The notes beneath the pieces are model-generated. The model worked only from the letters and a program-made list of their open reading frames with translations. It ran no database searches and was not told where the DNA came from. 64,000 nt of DNA, taken from positions 31,494 to 95,493 of the IMG/VR virus record IMGVR_UViG_3300037264_007554. One strand, given 5' to 3'. Origin of the DNA: a virus. Every line of letters begins with the position of its first letter. Positions within the stretch are counted from its first letter, which is position 1. The translations under genes were made by a program, and so were the position numbers. This document shows, one piece after another, positions 57,942 through 64,000 of this stretch.

Positions 57942-58021
57942 TGGCCAAGCGCCGCCGTATCACGCTCGGCAATGCTCCGAAGCGCGGCCTGTCCGGGGCT
58001 CGTCGTCGGAGGCGTCGTTGA
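57941..58021 (+). CDS. Array protein 17 (26 aa, no Cys)
   Basis: MAKRRRITLGNAPKRGLSGARRRRRR. Confidence 0.6.
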   Translation: MAKRRRITLGNAPKRGLSGARRRRRR

Positions 58022-58338
58022 TGGCGAAGAAATGCAGCATTGCGCAGACCAAGCAGTATGCTGCCAATCAGGTAGCGCATGGTGGAGAGCGCATGGCATT
58101 TGGTGTTCTGCAACAACGTGTGGCACGGCTGGGGTACAAGCTGCAGCGTGAGCACAGCTACCACAACAACTACAACCCGCCCGAGTGCTGGCGTGCGGCC
58201 AGTTTTACGACCATCGATCGCGAAACAGGTAAAAGTTTTGCGCATTACCAGGGCCGCCGCGATGCACGTTATCAAGAGTTGCAGCGTCTTCGACGCTACG
58301 CCGTTGTGCTGCACCGCGGGCGTCTGGTGGAGTTCTGA
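58021..58338 (+). CDS. Array protein 18 (2 Cys)
   Basis: TGATG coupling. Confidence 0.7.
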   Translation: MAKKCSIAQTKQYAANQVAHGGERMAFGVLQQRVARLGYKLQREHSYHNNYNPPECWRAASFTTIDRETGKSFAHYQGRRDARYQELQRLRRYAVVLHRGRLVEF

Positions 58339-58529
58339 TGGTAAAGCGCGCGGCTTGCAAGGTGGTTTTCGACAGGGACAACCGTTCGGCATTTTTGATG
58401 TCGAAGTCCGGTTACGTCCTCAACGCGATCAACTACGACCCGGGACACTGGCCGTCGAAAACCGAAAAGATTCGCGATCGTCGCAAGCTCATGCGTGGAT
58501 GCGAGGAGTTGTTGCGGAGGCATTTCTGA
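58338..58529 (+). CDS. Array protein 19 (2 Cys)
   Basis: TGATG coupling. Confidence 0.7.
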   Translation: MVKRAACKVVFDRDNRSAFLMSKSGYVLNAINYDPGHWPSKTEKIRDRRKLMRGCEELLRRHF

Positions 58530-58741
58530 TGGCTCGACGTCGCAAACTCACGCACTGCACGGTCAAGGATTATCTTCGCGCGCAAGGCATCGATTTCTCT
58601 CGGGACTTTTTTGTGCTTCCGTCGAGAGATGTCGGGCTGATCGTAGATGGCGCCAAGGCGGCTGGATACCGCAAGAGCAAGAACGCCCCAGGCTCTACCG
58701 GCCGGATGTACTTCAGCCTTTTGCAACGGAAGTCTTGCTGA
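58529..58741 (+). CDS. Array protein 20 (2 Cys)
   Basis: MARRRKLTHC..LQRKSC. Confidence 0.7.
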   Translation: MARRRKLTHCTVKDYLRAQGIDFSRDFFVLPSRDVGLIVDGAKAAGYRKSKNAPGSTGRMYFSLLQRKSC

Positions 58742-59010
58742 TGTCGCTGCGTAAAATCCACACCACGCGCGTCGGCCGGTGCTCGGTAGGGATCTACCGC
58801 GACTCCGAGTACGGCGAGTTCGTGGTCAAGAGCGTCGGCGCGGGCAAGGACACCGGCTACTTCACGAGCGACAAGCCCGACGCGCGCAGCACGGCCGCGT
58901 TTTTGGTTCGGCGTTTGCGCAAGGACAAGAGGTGTCGCGGCGAGGAGGGTGCCGTAGATCCGCGAGCTGCGCGTCCGCGGTACATAAAGCCGTGGGGACG
59001 GAGGCACTGA
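58741..59010 (+). CDS. Array protein 21 (2 Cys)
   Basis: IYRDSEYGEFVVK; ends PWGRRH. Confidence 0.7.
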   Translation: MSLRKIHTTRVGRCSVGIYRDSEYGEFVVKSVGAGKDTGYFTSDKPDARSTAAFLVRRLRKDKRCRGEEGAVDPRAARPRYIKPWGRRH

Positions 59011-59228
59011 TGCCGAGGCGCCGCATCTCGACCCAGTATTGCGTCCACACCGGTGTGCCGTCGTGGCACCAGCAGCGCGCCGGGCACGGCTCGGCAGGCG
59101 CGATGTGCTTCTGGATGAAGACCGAGGCGAAGCGGTTTCTTCGTCGGGTGAAGAAGCTGCGGCCTCATGAGCCCGCGTTCATCACCACGAGTCGGAAGCT
59201 GCGTCATTTCGCGGGAGTGCGCCGGTGA
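59010..59228 (+). CDS. Array protein 22 (2 Cys)
   Basis: Ends FAGVRR. Confidence 0.7.
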   Translation: MPRRRISTQYCVHTGVPSWHQQRAGHGSAGAMCFWMKTEAKRFLRRVKKLRPHEPAFITTSRKLRHFAGVRR

Positions 59229-59491
59229 AACACTGTCTGGTTTTTAACTCGACCACACGGGGAAAGCAGACGCGAGTTGATTCGTGTTTCACGACCAAGG
59301 AATACGCCAAGGCTGAAGCGGCACGGCACAATCGAACGGCCGGTTACGGCGGATTTTACTCCGTACACAAGGCGGCAACGATCGCGATGTGGCGCAGATT
59401 GAAGTACGACATGAACTTCGAGGCGCTGGATACGCCGACGTTGGCGGGTGTGCGCTCGCGCCCGCGCCAGCGAAGGGTTGTTCGGCCATGA
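59225..59491 (+). CDS. Array protein 23 (2 Cys)
   Basis: Ends LAGVRSRPRQRRVVRP. Confidence 0.7.
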   Translation: MKHCLVFNSTTRGKQTRVDSCFTTKEYAKAEAARHNRTAGYGGFYSVHKAATIAMWRRLKYDMNFEALDTPTLAGVRSRPRQRRVVRP

Positions 59492-59697
59492 AGTACAAGA
59501 CGTACTACGAAAAAGGCAGCCACCGGCGCGGAACCCACAAGTTCCATCGAGGCGGGCCGTACTCGTCGAAGGAAAGGGCGATCGAGGCCGCTTGCCGTTT
59601 GTCCAAGCGGGTGCGCACCTGGGTATTCGTGGCGAACGCAGGCACGCGGGGATTGACCGTCGCGGCCTGTGCGAACGGGAAGCGCAAGGAACTATGA
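59488..59697 (+). CDS. Array protein 24 (2 Cys)
   Basis: GPYSSK motif; ATGA coupling. Confidence 0.7.
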   Translation: MKYKTYYEKGSHRRGTHKFHRGGPYSSKERAIEAACRLSKRVRTWVFVANAGTRGLTVAACANGKRKEL

Positions 59698-59906
59698 GGC
59701 AGGTATGCAACCGCTCCGTCCATGCGAAGAAGGTCAATGAGATCCGCCGCATGAAATTTCAGGTCGCCCGAGAGTTGCGCCCGTTGTTTGCGCACATTCT
59801 GAAGCTCTCGATCAGCAGCGCCAAGCACGGGTACTGCCAGCGCGCCGGTCAAGAGTTGCGAAAAGCGAAAAACCTGGCGAAAAAATATCCTGCCGTCTGG
59901 AACTGA
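59694..59906 (+). CDS. Array protein 25 (2 Cys)
   Basis: ATGA coupling. Confidence 0.7.
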   Translation: MRQVCNRSVHAKKVNEIRRMKFQVARELRPLFAHILKLSISSAKHGYCQRAGQELRKAKNLAKKYPAVWN

Positions 59907-59907
59907 A

Positions 59908-60165
59908 ATGACCCAACGTCGACGTACCATCAAGTGCCGTGTCGGTGAAAAGCGCTTCACCGTCGTCCGGGTCAACGGCGATCCGTACGACACGCATGCG
60001 GGGCGCAGTTTCGAGCAGGCGATGAGTACGGCTACGCCGGACCGAGGCTCGACTGTCGAAGTCTTCGCGGTCTGCGGCAAAGATCCGGGCGCCGTCCGGC
60101 TGCCGTCCGAGTACGAGAGGCGCGGGCAGCTCCTGCGGACGTTCAAGGCGAAGGGCGGCCGATAG
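59908..60165 (+). CDS. Array protein 26 (2 Cys)
   Basis: Last gene; converges on glycosyltransferase. Confidence 0.7.
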   Translation: MTQRRRTIKCRVGEKRFTVVRVNGDPYDTHAGRSFEQAMSTATPDRGSTVEVFAVCGKDPGAVRLPSEYERRGQLLRTFKAKGGR

Positions 60166-61432
60166 GCCCGTCGGGCGCCCTTTTGTGAAGGTTCGCTCGC
60201 ACGTAGGAAATGTTGTGCTGGCGGTGCCAGGGCGACGGGAAATGGGTGGTCAGTTCGGCCATTTGAAACCGGATGTCGCGATTGCTGATGTACTTGGCCT
60301 GTTCGTCGTGGATCCAGTACCAGAAGGCAGGCTCATTCCAGTAGGACACGTGTGTCGGATCCATGAAGGCTCCGCGGCCGTCGGTCGACGGCGTCTCTGA
60401 CAGGAGCCAGCCGCCCGGCGCCAGACACCGCCATATCTCGGACATCGTGTGCTGCTTGTCGGGTAGATGTTCGAGTAGATCATGGGCGCGGAATGCGAAG
60501 ACGCTCCCATCTTCCCAAGGCCAGCGCTCCCGAAGATCGGCTTCAACACCGTCAGTCCGAGTTTTGTTCGTTTGACTGGCCCAGGTGTTGTCGACAGGTA
60601 TCCAGCCTTCGCGTGGATTGAGAGCACCGCCCAAATCGTAGGCGGGCAGTCCGACGATCTTGGCTTCACGGAGAACCAGAGCCTCGATGTTCTTGCGACC
60701 GAGTTCGGTAGATTTTTCCCGAATTTCGTCGGCACGCGGCGCCCAGGTGTTCCCCTTGTGAATCCGGTAGAGGTAGAGCGGTTTGGGAATGTGAATCATC
60801 TCGGTGTGCAGATACGTCCGTATAAGCAGGTCGTGGTCGTCGCACAGGTCGAAGCCGCCTTTGTGGCCTCCAACTTCCTCGTACCAGGATCGGCGCCAGG
60901 CTCGTATGTGATTCGGTGCCCACAAGATCGTGGAAAGAGATGCGGCCGACGGCCGAAACGATCTAGGACAGAGGTAGGTCTTGCCCGCGATCTCTGCTTC
61001 GTAGAACGTCCAGCCCGAAGCCTCCCAGGCCGCGCGGTTCATTTCGTATGTCTTGCCCTCGAAGTCGGTCCAGTCAGAGTAGAAAAACCCGGCGTTGGGA
61101 TGATTGGTCGCGTATTCGGTCAAGGTTTCGAGAGCAGTCGGTGCGAGCCTGTCGTCGTGATCCAGCTCGATCAAGAGATCGCCTGTGGCTTGTTGGAAAG
61201 CCGCCAGCTTGATCTGTCCGATGCCCCAGTCTCGCGCGGGATGACTTACGACACGAACGCGCTCGTTAGTACCGGCAATGTGTCGACCAAGAACTGCAAT
61301 CTCTTTGGCGTACTGTCCGTTGCAGAAGATGATCCATTCCCAGTCTTCCAGTTTCGTCTGAGACTCGATCGACTCCCAGACTTCCAGAAGATGGAGTGGA
61401 TCGTGCGTGGGGGTGATGAGGGAGAGCTTCAT
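60143..61432 (-). CDS. GT2 glycosyltransferase fused to SAM-methyltransferase-like domain
   Basis: SLITPTH, ELDHDD, DDHDL; DLGG, LLEHL, LAPGGW, DPTH. Confidence 0.85.
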   Translation of the reverse strand: MKLSLITPTHDPLHLLEVWESIESQTKLEDWEWIIFCNGQYAKEIAVLGRHIAGTNERVRVVSHPARDWGIGQIKLAAFQQATGDLLIELDHDDRLAPTALETLTEYATNHPNAGFFYSDWTDFEGKTYEMNRAAWEASGWTFYEAEIAGKTYLCPRSFRPSAASLSTILWAPNHIRAWRRSWYEEVGGHKGGFDLCDDHDLLIRTYLHTEMIHIPKPLYLYRIHKGNTWAPRADEIREKSTELGRKNIEALVLREAKIVGLPAYDLGGALNPREGWIPVDNTWASQTNKTRTDGVEADLRERWPWEDGSVFAFRAHDLLEHLPDKQHTMSEIWRCLAPGGWLLSETPSTDGRGAFMDPTHVSYWNEPAFWYWIHDEQAKYISNRDIRFQMAELTTHFPSPWHRQHNISYVRANLHKRAPDGPIGRPSP

Positions 61433-61986
61433 TCGTCGAAGAAGAAGACCATGAAAAGACGGCTGTCGTCCACGGTGTTGCCGAAGTAGCAGGAGGCCGA
61501 GTGCACGAGGTTACCCTCCCACAGAACGAGTCTGTTGTAGACGTTGCCGATGCGGTCAACTTCCTCCCACTTCGTCCGATCGTAAAGGTTGCCGCCGTAC
61601 ATGAGGTTCTCTGTTTCAGCATCCGGGGGCGGCCGTCGAAGCCCCGTGATACGGCTACGGAAAAAAGAAAGTCCCGTTTCGGGGGGTGCATCGGGCGTGA
61701 GATAAAGGGCTCCCGCCCACTTTTGCCCGTCTGAATGATAGACGAGTGGATCTTCGCTCGTGCAGAATTGCAGGCGAGCGTTCATGCCGTGCTTGGCCCA
61801 ATCTGGGATGACGATGTCAAGCAAGCGCTCGAATTCGGATTTGTCGATGAGATCGAGGTATCGTTCGATGCTGCGGCGGCCCTTGTGGTAGTCGCTTGTC
61901 CGGTATGGTGCTTCAAGAGCCGTCGCGCGCACCTCGTCCGGGTTCGGTAAGAAGTCGTCAACGACGACCAAGGACGGGCGCTTCAT
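61429..61986 (-). CDS. 2OG-Fe(II) oxygenase-like protein (DUF6445-like)
   Basis: VVDDFLPNPD, HSD, LYLTP, YNRLVL, HS, RL. Confidence 0.7.
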   Translation of the reverse strand: MKRPSLVVVDDFLPNPDEVRATALEAPYRTSDYHKGRRSIERYLDLIDKSEFERLLDIVIPDWAKHGMNARLQFCTSEDPLVYHSDGQKWAGALYLTPDAPPETGLSFFRSRITGLRRPPPDAETENLMYGGNLYDRTKWEEVDRIGNVYNRLVLWEGNLVHSASCYFGNTVDDSRLFMVFFFDE

Positions 61987-61988
61987 GG

Positions 61989-62384
61989 CTAGATGCCGAA
62001 GATAGCCGCGTGAAGGTTCGCCACGTCGAGCGCAGATGCCGCGTTGATTGTCAGGCCGGAACTGTCTTTGATGGCTACAGGGTAGACAAGCGAGAGTCTG
62101 CCGTTGAAGTACGCGGTGAGATCGGTGCGCTTGTCTCCCGTGAAAAGGTAACGTCTGCCGCCGAAGGCGATCTTGCCTTGTTGCACGTCGATCGCAGTGT
62201 CGACGGCGTCTTTTTCGGCCTGCGACATTTCGACGACCGAACCCGAGACGATCTTCCAGTAGCGTTGACGTACGCCCGCAACTGCCGACAGATCAGGATT
62301 TATCATCCAGTCTGCCGGGGGGTAGTCGGGCGTGTTCACAGATTCGAGGTACTGAAGACTCGTTTTGTTGAGGACGTTCGCCAT
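61989..62384 (-). CDS. Hypothetical fibre-associated protein
   Basis: MANVLNKT..SVNTPDY..WMINPDLS; context. Confidence 0.55.
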   Translation of the reverse strand: MANVLNKTSLQYLESVNTPDYPPADWMINPDLSAVAGVRQRYWKIVSGSVVEMSQAEKDAVDTAIDVQQGKIAFGGRRYLFTGDKRTDLTAYFNGRLSLVYPVAIKDSSGLTINAASALDVANLHAAIFGI

Positions 62385-62448
62385 GGTTTTTATCTTAAGC
62401 GGCGTGTCCCCGCGGCACAAGTGCACCTGGAAAATAAGTGGGGCCTTC

Positions 62449-63168
62449 CTATGCGACTCTTCTACGTGGGCCGAGAACCGATGAAGAGTACACGGGAACA
62501 CTCACAGTTGTTGTTCCCTGCGCGCCGATGGGCCCGCTGTTCTTGACGGCGGCAGTTGCGCCGATCCCAAGCTCGTTCATGCGCCACCGGCCGCGCAATC
62601 CGAAGGTAATGCCATCGCGGCCCCGCGACGTGTAGATCGTGAGAATTTCCGCCAGCGACAGCGCGCGGCTGTAGATGCGGGCGTCCTCGATGTCGCCGTC
62701 AAAGAAATTGGCAGTGCCATCCACGCCAGCGCCGATGCGGCCGTTCTTTTCGTTGGTGGCGCTGAAATTGACGGACGAAGAATTGGTAAAGGTTCCCGTA
62801 CCTGCTGCTGCGCCGTTGATGAACAGCGACGCGAGCCGGGTCGAGTTGACGTAAGTCCCGGCAACGTGCGCCCAGGTGTTAGCGACGATCGCACCTGGGC
62901 CTGACGAGTTTACAGTGGTTGGACTGTTAGCATCGAGGTCTCTCCCGATGAGAAACACTAGCGTTGTATCGATGCCCAGGCGCATCCTGCTAGAAGATGA
63001 CGAGCCGGGTGGAGGACCGATCGACACTCCTACGATACTTTGGGATGTACCTGTCGTTCTGGTAGTCCGTGCCCACCCCATGAGGGTCGCCCCAGACTGG
63101 CCGTTGAGAAATGGCAAGTCCGACCCGAGACTGACCACATCGTCGACGTTGTCAAAATCTACAGCCAT
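62449..63168 (-). CDS. LamG/concanavalin-like domain protein
   Basis: NTWAHVAGTY, LFING, FDGDIEDARIYSRALS. Confidence 0.85.
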   Translation of the reverse strand: MAVDFDNVDDVVSLGSDLPFLNGQSGATLMGWARTTRTTGTSQSIVGVSIGPPPGSSSSSRMRLGIDTTLVFLIGRDLDANSPTTVNSSGPGAIVANTWAHVAGTYVNSTRLASLFINGAAAGTGTFTNSSSVNFSATNEKNGRIGAGVDGTANFFDGDIEDARIYSRALSLAEILTIYTSRGRDGITFGLRGRWRMNELGIGATAAVKNSGPIGAQGTTTVSVPVYSSSVLGPRRRVA

Positions 63169-63173
63169 TTAGA

Positions 63174-64000
63174 TCACGTCGATGTGACCCGGAGAAGAGC
63201 GAGATGAAGGTCTCCGGGTAGCTCGTTTGCTAGACCTACGTTGCGTGTGATTTCGATGTTGTTCAACGTGTCGGCCGCCAGCGAAAGCGCCGCGAGCGTG
63301 AATGTGTCAGTGAATTTTTGAAGGCGGGTATTGGTAGGCATGCTCTGTTCCGTGAAGTTTACGGCTGCCGACCACGCTGTGGGTGCCACGTTGCTTGCGT
63401 ATTCTTTGCGGTAGTGCTTGAGCTGGACTTGATCTGCAGGTGCTGTGGGCGCAGTGGCCGCAGCGATCCAGTAATCGTAAACTATGTTGGCCACTCCTGA
63501 CGCCGGAATGTAGAGCGCGAAGCCTCTGCCTTCCTCAGTCGTGTCGTCGTAGGCTGCTACTTTTAGATCATCGTCTGTACCGCCCTTGGTAGTCGTGGGC
63601 GCGATTGCGTTGATTGTCCAGTCGGCATTGTCCGGTACGTCGAGTTGGTCCGCGAAAAGTTGGAAGTTTACGCCCGACGCCGCTGCGCCCTGAGCGCCCT
63701 GCGCACCGGCCGCGCCCTGAGCGCCCTGCGCACCGGCCGCGCCCTGAGCGCCCTGCGCACCGGCCGCGCCCTGAGCGCCCTGCGCACCGGCTGCGCCCTG
63801 AGCGCCCTGCGCACCGGCTGCGCCCTGAGCGCCCTGCGCACCGGCTGCGCCCTGAGCGCCCTGCGCACCGGCCGCGCCCTGAGCGCCCTGCGCACCGGCC
63901 GCGCCCTGAGCGCCCTGCGCACCGGCCGCGCCCTGAGCGCCCTGCGCACCGGCCGCGCCCTGAGCGCCCTGCGCACCGGCTGCGCCCTGAGCGCCCTGCG
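63174..64000 (-). CDS. Collagen-like fibre/spike protein (5' end outside window)
   Basis: (GAQGAQGAA)n in frame with the 63174-63494 beta-rich C-terminal domain. Confidence 0.8.
   Translation of the reverse strand, partial: QGAQGAAGAQGAQGAAGAQGAQGAAGAQGAQGAAGAQGAQGAAGAQGAQGAAGAQGAQGAAGAQGAQGAAGAQGAQGAAGAQGAQGAAGAQGAQGAAGAQGAQGAAASGVNFQLFADQLDVPDNADWTINAIAPTTTKGGTDDDLKVAAYDDTTEEGRGFALYIPASGVANIVYDYWIAAATAPTAPADQVQLKHYRKEYASNVAPTAWSAAVNFTEQSMPTNTRLQKFTDTFTLAALSLAADTLNNIEITRNVGLANELPGDLHLALLRVTST
63683..64000. repeat. 27-bp tandem repeat encoding G-X-Y triplets
   Basis: At least 11 copies of gcgccctgagcgccctgcgcaccgg(c/t)-type unit. Confidence 0.9.

Noticed and set aside
54003-60165. Classical integron cassette array
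   Set aside because: Genes overlap with no intergenic space for attC sites, and no integrase is present
54003-60165. Arg-rich ORFs as GC-rich shadow-frame artefacts or Zn-finger proteins
   Set aside because: Stop/start coupling with SD sequences, Lys/Tyr/Phe-rich composition and strict Cys parity indicate real genes; CxxC pairs are absent
63668-63976. ORF-track RRALRARPV repeat protein
   Set aside because: Wrong frame; the GAQ collagen frame is continuous with the downstream domain
63683-64000. Tandem repeats (also 12950-13090) as CRISPR arrays
   Set aside because: No unique spacers; both are coding repeats (collagen, Gly linker)
1-64000. tRNA, rRNA, integrase, reverse transcriptase/DGR
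   Set aside because: No recognisable signature by eye; a covariance-model scan was not possible

Overview
The window is part of a high-GC bacteriophage genome, probably infecting Myxococcota. It looks like a tailless, membrane-containing virus: there is a candidate jelly-roll capsid gene and many small membrane proteins, and no terminase, portal or tail genes are recognisable here. Modules: lysis and virion genes (1-12 kb); a lectin lipoprotein and early genes including MoxR/VWA and PAPS-reductase-like genes (12-23 kb); a DNA methylase, DnaA-domain-IV protein and iteron-like origin (27-31 kb); replication genes (primase-helicase, methylase, PD-(D/E)XK nuclease, SF2 helicase, PolA, RuvC-like, ThyX; 31-49 kb); late genes (49-60 kb); and a glycosyltransferase/LamG/collagen fibre module (60-64 kb). 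Main finding: a 26-gene translationally coupled array (54003-60165) of mostly unrelated small Arg/Lys-rich proteins, every one with an even number of cysteines (23 have 2, two have 4, one has 0). It is transcribed back-to-back with a phage CPAC thioredoxin, and a membrane CPAC protein lies elsewhere. This suggests a phage-encoded cytoplasmic disulfide pathway that staples basic virion cargo proteins. Also seen: an HNH gene nested out of frame in a still-open methylase gene, a second HNH carrying a recoded copy of its target, a family of leaderless promoters, a 5.4-kb cassette bounded by a split palindrome, and an origin-adjacent sRNA candidate. All family assignments come from motif recognition by eye; no database searches were run.
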